Shown here piece by piece: positions 16,471 through 29,831 of a stretch of DNA of 64,000 nt. Location: assembly GCF_009914755.1 (NCBI RefSeq), contig NC_060930.1. The stretch is one strand, 5' to 3'. This DNA comes from the human T2T-CHM13v2.0 reference genome, Homo sapiens. The first letter of the stretch is position 1. The number at the start of each line of letters is the position of its first letter. The position numbers and the translations under genes are program-made. The notes beneath the pieces were generated by a model. The model was not told the origin of the DNA. It did no database searches and saw only the letters and a program-made list of their open reading frames with translations.

Positions 16471-16685
16471 CTTCACCGTCTTTGAAAAGCTCCTCTGATT
16501 GGGTGAGGTCCATCCAGGTACACCTAGGATAATCTCTCTTTTGATGAACCCAAAGCCAACTGATGAGTAACCTAATCATAGGAGAGATACCTTATTTCAT
16601 TTACACGTGTTGCCCATGCTCAAGGATAGGGGATTATACAGGATATATACACCAGGGGGTAGAAATCTTGGGGACCATTGTGGAC
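16471..16685 (-). mobile_element. MLT1E-like LTR, part 2
   Basis: ctgattgggtgaggtcc..ggataatctc..aaatcttggggaccat. Confidence 0.7.
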
Positions 16686-16734
16686 CCTGGCCCATGTCAA
16701 TGCTCTCTTATGCCGTATGCCTCCTCTCTTTTAC

Positions 16735-16925
16735 GACAAAATACAGTTCAATTGCATATTCATTTCTGTGATTCATTGATTAACATCAACCTTCCCAACT
16801 GGCATATGAGCTTAAGGAGAAAAAGGGAATACTGTTTTCAGGGATTCTCTTTGCTCACTAGCATATCTTTGGACATTAGCACAATGTTCAGGATAGTATA
16901 GTGGCTCAGCAAATATTTAAATAGA
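16735..16925 (+). mobile_element. L2 3' end, part 2
   Basis: ttagcacaatgttcaggatagtatagtggctcagcaaatattt terminal pattern. Confidence 0.55.
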
Positions 16926-16932
16926 TTAGGAT

Positions 16933-17239
<307 letters not shown>

Positions 17240-17605
17240 TTACTGATTGAATAAATACAGGACTGACTGAAAACTCTATCGTGACTATATTGCACTAGGT
17301 GGACGTTCTTAGATCTAATCATTTTCTAACATATATGCATTGAAAGATGGAAGCTGAATGCCAGACAATAGGCCTATATCCTGACGTCACTGGCAGGACT
17401 GACACTCAAAGGAGAAATGGTTCCTTAGCTCACGAGATTGAGTGGAGTCTATTTATATTAAAACTTTCTTGTCATTATGTATTGAGGTTTTCTGTTAGAA
17501 TAACTTTCACAGCCTGAGTGTTTACCAGTCCTCATACAGAGGGACCACAGTGAAACTACATCTTCTAGCCAGGCTACATCAGCTGGGGTGGTGGGTTCAG
17601 CTCAT

Positions 17606-17965
17606 TCTTCTTACTCAGTCCATGCTGCTATAACAAAGTACCATAGAATGGGAGGCTTATAAACAACAGAAATTTATTTCTCACAGTTCTAGAGGATGAA
17701 AGTCCAAGATCAGAGTACCAGCATGGTTGGGTTCTGAGGAAGGCCTTCTTTGCAGACTGCCATCTTCTTCTTGTATCTTCACGTGGTATAAAGAGGGCAA
17801 GAGGGTTCTTTGGGGTCGCTTTCTTAAGGCACCAATTCCAATCATGAAGACTCCACCCTCATGACCTAATTAACTCCCAAACGTCCCACATCCTAATACT
17901 ATCACACTGGAATTTGGATTTCAACATGTATATTTGGGAGCGACATAAACATTCATTCTCTTGCA
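17606..17965 (-). mobile_element. MLT1A/MST-type LTR
   Basis: gctgctataacaaagtaccatag...gacataaacattca. Confidence 0.85.
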
Positions 17966-18354
17966 CTGTGGTAGACTCAGGTATTGATAAAACCAAGAGG
18001 ATTCCAGAGAGGGTAGCATAAAGCTCACAGAGAATGAATGTGCATGTGTGTATGTGTGTTTGAATTTTGTGTTTATGAAACTAAGTACTGGTGATTGTAT
18101 GGGAAATGGGAAGAAGTCTCCTTAGATTGAAGCTTGCTCTCTCTTGTCCTTAATTTTCTGTAAATGCAATAGCTCAATCAACATGACCCAGGTATCCTAT
18201 AAGACTATAGAAATATAGCCATAAATTCTAAGTAGTTATGGTAAAACTTTGGGATTCTTCACATATAGAAGTAGGGCGGGGTATGTCTTTCTGAAGTGGG
18301 ATGGCAGATCATGTCTTTAGTCTTGAGTGGTAAATTCTTTTCTTACTACTATTT

Positions 18355-18849
18355 GTACTAGTCAGGGTCCTCCAGAGAAACAGAGCCAAAAGGACAAAGA
18401 GGTGTGTGTACATATATATATGTATTTATATATAATATAAATGAATTATAAATGAAATATTAATGAATATATAAATATTCATGAATTTTGTATATAATAT
18501 TAAGTATATGAATTAATAAATAAATAAAAATATGTATTTAAGGGACTCAGCTTATGTGATTGTGGAGGTGACTCAGAAGAGTTGGAATTAAGCTGATTTT
18601 GTAGAAGTCTGAAAGCAGTCTGCTATCTAATTTCCTTTCGTTCTTAGGTCAGCCTTTAGTTCCATTCAAGCCTTCAGCTGATTAGATGAGGCCTACTCAC
18701 TTATGGATGGTAATCCACTTTATTTAAAGTCACCTGATTTAAGTATAAATCTCATCCAAAAACACCCTCACAGAAACATCCAGAATACTATTTGACCAAA
18801 TATCTGGGCACTGTGACCCAGCCAAGTAAACTTAAAATTAACCATCACA
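18355..18849 (-). mobile_element. MLT2 (ERVL) LTR with internal AT-rich expansion (~18405-18540)
   Basis: tgtactagtcagggtcctccagagaaacaga start and aaaattaaccatcaca end. Confidence 0.88.
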
Positions 18850-19164
18850 GTGCCCCTATGATTTAGTCTTATATTTACTATTAAAGTCTCATATTTGCAT
18901 GAGACTCAGATATTATTTGTTCAGTTTAAAAATTCTGTCCCTCAGAGGATTTATTGACGCAGAGATTTCTTTGGTAGTTGTTGATCTCTCAGAACATGTT
19001 CTTTTCTTGATGAAAACACATTGGAAGAATTGGATTTATAATATGATGAAAACATTATTTTGGCTATTAAACTGATCTTAAATTAGCCCCTCATCCTAAA
19101 CTTAATTCATGCCTACAAGAGGTCATAAGATTAACTGTATTTGGAGTATGTGAAGTTAAATTTG

Positions 19165-19290
19165 GCAAACATATTTTTGAGCACCTGCCACATACCAGGC
19201 CCAGTGTTAGGCATGGAGAGGACAAAGGTGAATAAACATAATTTCCACCATTGATAGAGTTTATAGTTTAGTGTGTGGAACAGTTATCAA
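19165..19290 (-). mobile_element. L2 3' end
   Basis: aaacatatttttgagcacctgccacataccaggcccagtgttagg. Confidence 0.6.
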
Positions 19291-19742
19291 AACACTAAAA
19301 CATGGTGAGTCCAGGTGTGTTGAAGCAGGTGTGGGGGGTGGTGCTGGGGAAGCGATGTGAAGGATACAGTTAATGAGAATGAGCAGCATGGAATTTAGCC
19401 CTAATGTGGGGAAGGTAACAGACTACTGACAGAAGATAAGAAGCCTGTTATCTATAGTCTTGTGTTTTGCCAGTAGGGGTACAGAGACCTAGGGCTTTAG
19501 ATTTTTGTGATGATATTCTTTCTCTAGACCACTACCCACCTAAAATTTTGAAATTTTGATGGTTTTGAAAAGATATGCACCTCTTGGTAGCCACAAGAGA
19601 ATCTGGGCCTGAAACATGATATAGCATGTAACCCTAGGTAATCTGTTAACTTTAATCTTCATTGTGAACCTCGTAATTCTTGATATACCTTGTCATTGGC
19701 TCATGACATATTTATTGTTGTGATGCATCTGCCAATGAATGT

Positions 19743-20085
19743 ACGCTGCTGATAAAGACATACCTGAAACTGGGTAATTTTTAGAGAAAAAGAGGTTTAA
19801 TGGACTCACAGTTCCACGTAGCTGGGGAGCCTCACAATCATGGCAGAAGTCGAAAGGCACGTCTTAATGGCAACAGGCAAAGAGAGAATGAGGGCCAAGC
19901 AAAAGGGACTTTCCCATATAAAACCATCAGATCTCATGAGATTTATTCACTACCAGGAGAACAGTGTGGGGAAATCGCCCCCATGATTCAATTATCTCCC
20001 ACCACGTCCCTCCCACAACACATGGGAATTATGGGAGCTACAACTCAAGATGAGATTTGGGCGGGGACATAGACAAACCATATCA
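19743..20085 (-). mobile_element. THE1B-like solo LTR
   Basis: gctgctgataaagacatacctga...acaaaccatatca. Confidence 0.92.
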
Positions 20086-20159
20086 AATACCATATCTAGG
20101 GACCCACATTGTCCCCATGGAGACCTGTGTGAAGTGATCTGTCATATAAGAGTTCTCTG

Positions 20160-20481
<322 letters not shown>

Positions 20482-20909
20482 CTAGTTCTAGAGGAGTTTA
20501 CTTGACAGGGATGCTAATAGGTACTCAGGCATGGGGTCAGGAAGCACTAGATGGGGAGAGGTGTGGTGGAAACACACACTTAAGCATTAGAAATAGAAGT
20601 TAGTGCAAAGACCTTGGGACACACAATAACTCAGGAGGTGAATTACTGGTACTGTGGCCCAAAAAGGAGCAAAATCAACAGTAGGCTGACTTAGCGCTGA
20701 GCTTTTCAGGTACCTTTTGACTTCTCAGCCATTGGACTTACCCTGAATTTCTTGCCTATCCTCACTAGTTGGATTTACTTTTTCCTGCTTCTGCAGAATG
20801 CATTGTTTTCCAGCCATCCTGCGAGAAGCTCTCTTTTTGTCAATAAATAATAAATGGCTTCAAAATTTGGAGATGATAATTGTGGCAAATAGAGTAAGTT
20901 TTTCACAGC

Positions 20910-21290
20910 TTTAAATTTGAATAAATTCAAGTCTGTAGAAAAATGTTGGAAGAAAAATAAAATAAATAAACTTGCAGTCTTTGTCTAGATTCACTAATTA
21001 TTAAGATTTCACCATATTTGCTATTATCTATCTACTTACCTGGCTATGTATATTTATTTATATGTATATGTATAAATATAGTTTGCTGAAAAACTTGAAA
21101 GTTGGTTGCAGATTTTTCACCCCTAAATGCTTCAGCCTCTATCTTGTAAATATACAAAGACATTCTCCTACCTAACTGCGTTACCACTACCATTCACAAG
21201 AAATTTTGTATTGATGCAATAGAACTATCTGATATATATTCTATATTCAAATTTCCCAATTGCTTCAATAATGTCCTTTATAGATTTTTT
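20910..21290 (-). mobile_element. L1MC-type 3'UTR fragment
   Basis: ttgaaagttggttgcagatttttcacccctaaatgcttcagc...gacattctccta. Confidence 0.7.
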
Positions 21291-23141
21291 ATAGTGACTT
21301 AAAACATCCAATTTCATGAGGTATTTAGAAATGAAACTAGGAATATTAGATTTCTAAGGTATTTGGGAAAAGTGGTGTAAGTTGAATACGTTTGTGCAGT
21401 TTCCTCAAGAAAATTATTGTTTTCATCTTTCCACTGATGGGAAAGCACAACTATCAATCAAGTATATGTCAGTGTCTGGATGCATAGTATTAGCTTTTAC
21501 TTAATGGAGTTAGAGTGAATTTTCACCTTTAGTTTAGAGTGAGTCTTCACTCTAAATAAGATGCTGGTTTTCATATTTAAATTGCATTCGTACTTGATCT
21601 TTTGGTCAAAGCAGCAAGAGACCAGTTATAAAAATCTATTCCTCTTAATTTAAAGGCAGCGATTAAAGGAGATTCAGAGCTTTGAAACTGTTGTGAGTAT
21701 TCTACTTAGGAAAATAAACACTAATTGAAAGGGCTAATCAAAAGCTCATCATCCTGAAGGGCACTTGGATGGTTCACAAGTATGCAGTTTAGGTAGACAG
21801 GTGCTCTTATGAGGACCTCATCATTCTAAGTAAAGGGACTTTACGCCATGCGTTAGATGAGTCCCCTTAATGAGTGACTATTTATGATGATAAAATACAT
21901 CTGCTGCTAACTTCCTTTATAATTTTTCAAATAATTTCAGAAATCATGAATGAAGGAAAAAATGAATGAGGAATGATTCAAACTCAGTCAGTAACAAAAA
22001 CTTTGCTTACATAACATTTCCTTAAAGAAAATCTTCCTTTTCCTAATCTGTAGTCTTTGTGCTTTTAATTATGTCACAAAATCTCTACAAATATTTGGGC
22101 AAACAAGTAATTATTTCCAATAAAGTTGTGCTCTTTAAAAACACATGAGTAATTAAACTCTGTTCCCCTTTACTCTAGTTATACAAGAAATTTTTCTGTC
22201 CTGGTAAAGATGACTTCACATGCCAAACCATTACCTCAGAGACTAAACCAAATTTCAGAGATGAAAAAACATTTAAAGATGCTTTTACAGATAATTCTGG
22301 ATGATTCAGACTATTTCCTAAACAGTCAAAGTTCCTGTAAGTGGAATTTTCTCCTTACCAGACTATAAATCAATATGTGTTGGCTATAATGATGAATTAG
22401 TGACAAAGAAATTCTAACAACTATACCTGATGAAAAGGTCACTATTAGGTTGATAGTATGGTTGGTGGGGGCGGTTAGTGATTATCTAGGAAGCTTGTTT
22501 TTGAAACTGCTGCCATCAGTGGAACTTTGTTGGTCATTACAAGTGCACATGTGTACAATGGGCACGTGAGCAAGGCTGAGATGCATTGATCTATATAGTC
22601 CAAACAATCTGATAAGTATGTTTGAAAAGTACTATGAAAAAAATCATCAGTGTACATGTAAATGTTGTAAAATTTGGTCGCAGGAAGAATTCTGTTTCCT
22701 TCACTGAGTGCTAAATCATCCCATTTATATAGCTGCTTCACTTTTGCCCTCTATTTTGGCACTCCCATTTGCCTTTTTGCTATCATCATATTGAACTCAA
22801 TAATATATGCAACTTTGTTACTTTTGTCAAATTCTAAAACATATGGGCCATTATATTTTTTCCAAAGCTGTTGATACATTTTAATTCTTAATAGGAAAGG
22901 GGATCTACGATTGGGAATTCACATTCAAATCCCATTATAGTAAACTTTAAAAAGGTATAATCATTCTCTTCCATTTAATCTTACTCTTTGTAATGAGTTC
23001 CAAGTTTGGTATAAAATAGTTGCCACTGGTTTATATATCCTGTGGAAACACATCTCATAAGATTTTCTGACCAATAGCCAATATTTCTATATAGCTGCAG
23101 GGAGGCATACACCTTCTAGATCTATGACACTAGCATGTAAT

Positions 23142-23508
23142 TCTCTTAGACCATTTGTACTGCTATAACAAAATACCATAAACTCTGTAGCTTATAAACA
23201 AAATAGAAATTTCTTTCTCACAGTTTTAGAAGCTGGAAAGTCCAAGATTAAGGCATTGGCACATTTGGTATTTGGTGAGAACCAACTTCCAGGTCCACAG
23301 ATGGCACCCTCTAGCTGTGTCCTCATATGGTGGAAGAGCTGAGGGGTCTTTCTTGGGCTTTTTTATAAAGATACTAATCTCATTAATGAGGGCTCTGTTC
23401 TCATGATATAATCACCTCCCAAAGGCCTCACATCCAAATACCATTACCTTGGAGGTTAGGATTTCAACATACGAATTTTAGGGAGACAGAGACTCTCAAA
23501 CAATAGCA
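23142..23508 (-). mobile_element. MLT1A/MST-type LTR
   Basis: tgctataacaaaataccataaac...aaacaatagca. Confidence 0.85.
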
Positions 23509-23734
23509 ACATTGTTCATTCTATGCCCTTTGTCTTCATGCCTCCTAGTGAACACATTGAGTGGAAATGGAATTTATTAGAGGCTGTAGGATTCAGTTTT
23601 TTCCTGAAGGCTCATCTTCAGAAATCCAAATGAGACACCAGGGTTATTTGAATAGAATTTTAGAAAGACTTTCTATAAACGCCATGAGACTATAAAATCA
23701 TCAACTAAGTTGAATTATATGAACATGTTATATA

Positions 23735-23851
23735 GACAAAAGAATATTGCCCAGTTGGCACACATTTGAGAGTGAAAGGAGGAACTATTAATAATTAAAA
23801 TAACAGGTGCACACTGGTACTGTTCAGGCAAAGCAGAATATAGGGTCACCC
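23735..23851. mobile_element. MER81-like hAT-Blackjack MITE
   Basis: tttgagagtgaaaggaggaactattaataatt...ggtcaccc terminus. Confidence 0.65.
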
Positions 23852-24349
23852 AGTAATAATAGTACTTACTGTATCGAGTTCTTATAATGAGTCAATGACA
23901 AAATATACGTAAATTAGTTAGCTGTCAATGGGAAACATTCAATAAGTGGTAGCTGCTTATGTTGGTATTTTTCATGCCTCCTTCTTTGGCTAACGAAGCA
24001 AGAAAATCAGTGAGTTATTTATTCTCTTTATCTTTTAACAGATGATGCTGGGTCTAGTAATGAGGTAATGAGTGTTTAGTAATATAATCATATGGAAGCC
24101 TCTTTGAGTGGGAAAGGAGCTTTATGTCTATTTAGTTATGTTTATTATAGTGATTCTCCACCAAAAGAAGGAAAAATCTGTTTTTCAAATTTAAAAAATT
24201 GAGACAGCCCATCCTGCCTCTTCCACACACCTACCTCCTTAGCTTGATAGTTACTTCCACAGGAAGCCACTCTTACTGAGTGGACTGTGTCCTAGCTCTT
24301 AGGCTTATTGGAGCAGACAAAAATTAAGAATAACTAATTTATTAGATTA

Positions 24350-24465
24350 ATATTTCCTTAAAGGCAGTGATTTTTAAAATTCTGATTCCCTATGCTTATT
24401 ACAGTACCAGGTACATAGAAGATACTCAATACGTATTTGTTGAATTAGTGAAATATGAATAAATG
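24350..24465 (+). mobile_element. L2 3' end
   Basis: acagtaccaggtacatagaagatactcaatacgtatttgttgaat. Confidence 0.6.
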
Positions 24466-27400
24466 GATCTCAGCAGCTAAAAATCAACCTTATGAGGTGA
24501 TGGCCTCTAGTGTAACCCTGCAACCAAAACTCCGCCATATTCAGGAACTTTCCTATGCTTCATCTGGGGTCATAGAATCAAGGAATTCAGGGATTTCATA
24601 GCTGCAGTTGGTGCCAAGGAGCTATTTGCTATTTAGATTGGTTCCCTCTGTTAATTGATTGTAATAAGTAAAAACTCAATAAAGCTAATCTGCCAATTAT
24701 CTCAATAAGGCTTCCTGCTGCACACTTTACAGATTCAAAACACAGAAGTGTCGTGTATGGATTTAAGCGCTATATGAGATATCAACATTGCTTATTAGTA
24801 TTCAGTATCTTTGTTGAAGTATTATTGAGAACTGTATAAAATATATTTGTTTTATGTATGAAATAGAAAATATCAATTTTATATATCACTTCCATTGTAT
24901 AAAAGTGACACTAAAGGCCTCATATTAACCTAGTTGTCCTGGCACTTGCTGTCTGCTCAAAGCTGGGCTTGGGAGACTGTGTGATGCTTAATTCACTTTC
25001 TATCATCCCTCATGTTGTTTCAAGTTGATGCAGGTTAGTTAAAATGGACTTTGCATGTGGCCTTGGTTAATAGGATTAATTGCTTTTATATTACAGAAAA
25101 TAGAAAATATGTTTTGCATTATTTGCAGCTTTTCCCCCTTCAGGAATTGCATGTGGTTTTAGTCCGTACAGATCAGTGCACAGCCAGTGTTGTAGCTTTT
25201 ATTTCGATTTTCTCTTGCAAATCTTTGAGTTAGCAGGCTCCGTGTTGGAGGGTAGAGAATGTTATTACAAAGCACCATCCTTACACTATAGTCAAGGCCT
25301 GAGGGGTGAGGGATCTCCTCCTCATCCTACCACGTCTGCTTTCATCCCAAAAGATTGGCCCAGCTATCGAGTGTAAGGGCTCTAAATTGCTGCCACTGAA
25401 AGGTGGAGGTTGTTAAAAGGCTATGCCTGGGCTGTTCAAAAATTTCATGGGTGGGAACCTGTGTCACTTGGCCCACAAAACTAGATGGTAGGGCAGTTAT
25501 GGGCATGATGAATTGTGGCTTTGGTCACTTCTAACCTTGGGCTGAATCAGAGACTCATAGGATGTTGGTAACTGCCTCCCTGAGCCAAAGAAACAAGAAA
25601 GACCCTCTGCGTTCACGGTCTTTTCTTTCTTTCCTCTCCTTAGTCTCAAATATAAAACGTACCTGCCTTGTTAGATCTTAGAAAAAAGACAAGCTGGAAA
25701 CCCACATTTTATTACTTATACAATAAATGATGATAGATATTAACACAAAATGTTCTCAAACTTCAGCTTTTCATGCTAAGATAATGAATTAAAACAAATG
25801 GAAAAGAAATGTTTCTACTATTTAAAAATTACAGTTTTCCTGTTTATGCTGTGAAAATGGTACATAATAGGACAACACAAATGATTGAAATGCCATAAGC
25901 ATATCCACAGAAAGGATTACAGGGGATGCTGAAACAGCAATCATACTATGGAACTGATTAAATTTAACATGACTTATAATAATATGAGGTAGCAAGTCTG
26001 TGCTCAGTAAAAGCACCCCTCTTCTGAGGGGTTGAGTGGGTATTCATAGTTGACTGATCAAGGTCTGTGCTTTTTTTTTAATGTAGTCAGTCCATCTTTC
26101 CCCAAGTGAAGGGAGTTCAGGGCTATCTCATAGGGTTGGCATAATACACTGCACTCATTTCACAGTGTAAAATTTTTGTTAGGCAGAAACAGGAATATTA
26201 TTACATATCACCAAACTAATCATCCACAATAGTTGATATTGTTAAAGACAGTTTAGTGTACAAGCCACCAGAGATGATAGAAAAGCAAATACTGCATATT
26301 TGATACGTTATTAATCCCTTTTTTTGACTTAGGAAAGAAAACAAAGAAATACCTCTAAGGCTGTGTGGGTTCTAATTTCTGCTTCGGCTTCCTGCATACA
26401 TTGACATGAGCCATTTTACTTTCCTCCATTTCATTTCCCACATCCATAAGATTAGGAAGCAATGCTGGATAGTTGCAAAGCAAATATAAAAGATTGCATT
26501 CATATTAAATCATCTTTTAGAAGTGTGTGAAAAAGGTTAATACTAATTTAAACATTTGATCAATAAAAAAATGATAGATGCTATTTTCCATTGTTTGTGC
26601 ATTCTTACAAGTAAAGGGCAATTACATGCCAAGAATGATAGAAAAAATATGAATGTATTAGATATATTCCTGGTTTGAGTAGTGAGATTTCTTAATAAGA
26701 AAAGTTATTAGAATGCTTTATGAAGTTTATGAACTTGTAATTTGCTCCCATAATTAGATGAGATTCTGTTAGACCCATCCTTCTACAATTTCATAATTGA
26801 GAGGCTTTTGCCTACAACAATGTTGAATCAAATATACGTAGGCTTAATGGACTATTTTAAAGATTGGCCATAGCTTATGCAAAATAAGAACAATCCTTAG
26901 AGCATTTTCAAGGCTTCCTGCCACAAATTGCTTTTGCAATTTTCATTTCATTTTTTAACTATGAAGTTAAGGCATCTTTAGTTGTTTTTATTTTAAATTG
27001 CTCCTGCTGTTGTTCTCCTCCTAGGAAGTAGTCACTATTTTTTTTCCTTTCTGCTGGCCATTGTAATATTTCTTACATGAATAAAAACAAAGTGGTTTAT
27101 TTAAAAAAGAGTTTTAAAATCCTCCTTTGCAGTTGCAAGAAAAATGCCTTACCATTATCAAATTGAAAAAGGGATAATGTAGCACAGTTACAAGTAAGTT
27201 TTATCAATGAGTGTTTTCCGGAAACTCTTTCTGCTGCATCCTTTAACATTGGCAGTTGAAAAGTTAATTCTGAAAACAAAGTACATGTGGAAAGGCAGGT
27301 GATTGATCAAGGCAAAAATTAAAATTGGGTACTGGTGGCACAATCTCTTACTTTTTGGCCCACAGGAATCCTGATAAAAATTAATTGTTTCTGTGATTCT

Positions 27401-28299
27401 TAGACCTTCATCAATCAGATGTAAATTACACCATGCATGATTGGCTGCCTTTCCATTCTGAGTTCCCCATAGAGAGCTGTTGGCTGCCAACTGCTACAGA
27501 GACACGGTGGAGTAGCAGCCTGTCTTTGGCCACTCTGGGACCACAAACTGAGAGATGGAGCTGACTTGCAACCACAATAGTGTGCCCAAGGATGCAGCCA
27601 GCACCTTTCTAGAGTAATTTCCATTTAGGGCAAAAGAGACATTTTTCAAACCAGGTTTAATATTAGGCAAATCTTCTGATTTTTAAACATGGTTTCAGAC
27701 CAATCTAAGAGGATGCAAGAGCACAGAGCACCTAGCAGATAGTGGGAATAAACATAAGATTAATCTCAAGATTGATTAGGGAAAAACAAATATAGATTCC
27801 CTCAAAAAAAGGGTTTCCCAACATACTTTATGCACCTTTAGAGGCAGTTGTAATAATAATAGCTGAAACTTAATTAAAGTAAAATAAAAGACCCCAGTCA
27901 GGAGACCTTGTGACCACATTTGTAGCTGAGTACTGAATTTAGCCCCAAGAAATATGAGATCTACTTTTCATCTCACAACAATTTACCATTTCAAAAACCT
28001 CATATTAAGGAGGTGATTATAAGCTACAGAGTTGTCATATTTCATATGTAAAGAAAGAAGGGTTTGAGAATGTAGAAGGGCATCTTTTCAAAGAAACTTC
28101 ACAATTAAATTTTAAACATGTATTGGTAAATGAGGTTATTGGAATGACCTGGGATACATGAAATGTAGTTTTTTTTTTTTAAATCTTAAAGCATGAACTC
28201 AGATCTTCATGGACATGTCTTTAGTGTAAATTACTTGTGTTTGTGAATTGTATTTTAAAAACGCTGATAAATGCTATTTGAAAAAGAAGGTGAATTGGC

Positions 28300-28520
28300 T
28301 CTTAGGGTTACAGTCAAGGACCAAATTGCCTGAGTTCAAATTTTGATTCAGCTCCTATGTGACTTTGGCAAATTACATAATCTCTCCAGTCCTTGGTTTC
28401 TTATCTATAAAATGGGCATAATAATACTTCATATTCTAACAAATTGTGTGGAATAAATGAGGTAATTCACTTTTAACAGTGCCTGATGTTTAGCAAATAT
28501 TAAATACATATTAATTATCC
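28300..28520 (+). mobile_element. MIR SINE
   Basis: tgtgactttggcaaattacataatctctccagtccttggtttcttatctataaaatgggcataata core. Confidence 0.75.
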
Positions 28521-28699
28521 TTATTATTTTTTATGTGTTATCTGTAACTCATTTAAACCATTATCAAAAAGGAAAGCTTTCCTTCTAAGAAATCATTTCT
28601 TTAATTGAAACATCAACAACTTCTTAGGAATTTCGGTCAGGTTTCCAGGAGCTCATGTAACTATATAAATTTCTGCTCCTGTAGCTTTCACCTGCTTGC

Positions 28700-28870
28700 T
28701 ATTGCAGGGTTCCCCTGTAATTATATTGTCAAGTCTCTTTACTGGGTAATAATGTTTATTTCACAATGTTTGAGGATTATAGAAATAAGTAATTAAATGA
28801 GATGACATTTGTATAAGTGCTGAGAAGGGACTGGCTCACAGTAGGTCCTAAATAAATATTAGCTTTTTAG
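28700..28870 (+). mobile_element. MIR 3' part
   Basis: aattaaatgagatgacatttgtataagtgc...aataaatattagct. Confidence 0.5.
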
Positions 28871-29169
28871 ATACACACTTGCCTTCTGTATGAGGAAGGG
28901 AGCAAATGTTTAATGTTCCAAACAAAACATTATTTTTCACTATGACATTGAAGCTTGAGACACTCCTATGACCTATACATTAATTTTCTTTTAACTTTTC
29001 TTTTTGCCCCACAACAATTCTCTCCTAAGCACTCTGGGGCCATCACTTGACGGTACATCAGTGGTGGTATCTGCCACGTCTGAAGACAGTGGGACCTTAG
29101 AGTGTGTCAGTGAAGACAATTGCTCCCAAAGAAAGACAGTAAATTATATAAAGTGCCTGCTGGCTACTT

Positions 29170-29535
29170 AGGAAATCTTGCTATTATTGACTGGCTGTGA
29201 AGAAGTAAGCACCCATGTTGAGAAACCCCACTTGGCAAGGGATTGCAGGTGACCTCTGAGGGTAGCCTCTTGTTGACAACTGGCAAAAACCGAAGCTCTC
29301 AGTCCTAACAACTGCAAGGAACTTAATGCTGCCAAAAACTATATAATTAGGGAAGTGGATCCATTCTAGATTCCAGATGAGACTCCAGGTTGGCCAACAT
29401 CCTGTGAGACTAAACAGAGGACCAAGTTAACTCGTGCCTGGACTTCTGACCCACAAAAATTGTGATATAATAATTTCTCTTGTCTGCAGCCTCTAACTTT
29501 GTGGTAATTTATTACATAGCAATATATTACTAATA
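29170..29535 (+). mobile_element. MLT1E/F-like LTR
   Basis: cctggacttctgacccaca...tttgtggtaatttattacatagcaata..taata 3' end. Confidence 0.8.
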
Positions 29536-29831
29536 AAGATTTTTTTCCCTTCTTATTTAATCTTAAGAAAGAAATCTTGTATTCTTGGAAAGTGGATTTT
29601 AATTTAAACACCAATGACTTCTTGGATTGGTATTTACCTAGGCATTCTGGAGGCATGTTCAACTGTAAAAACCATACTTTCTACTCTAATATCTATACCT
29701 AAAATGATGAGTGTAAATCCTTGCTCTGCCACTGTTTGGTAAATGTATTCTCTCTTAGCCTCAGTTTCATTGGCTGTAAAATGGAAATAATGCCAATTAG
29801 TTTTTAGTATTGTTGTAGAGATTGGCTAAAA

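Noticed and set aside
21588-21620. U2 snRNA fragment (acttgatctt)
   Set aside because: Only ~10 nt match; the remainder diverges.
22506-22578. EGF-like peptide CHQWNFVGHYKCTC
   Set aside because: Cysteine spacing is wrong, a stop follows quickly, and the exon boundaries are unconvincing.
25144-25371. Possible exon (cccccttcAG ... GTaagg)
   Set aside because: Unrecognisable peptide and a mediocre donor; indistinguishable from a pseudo-exon.
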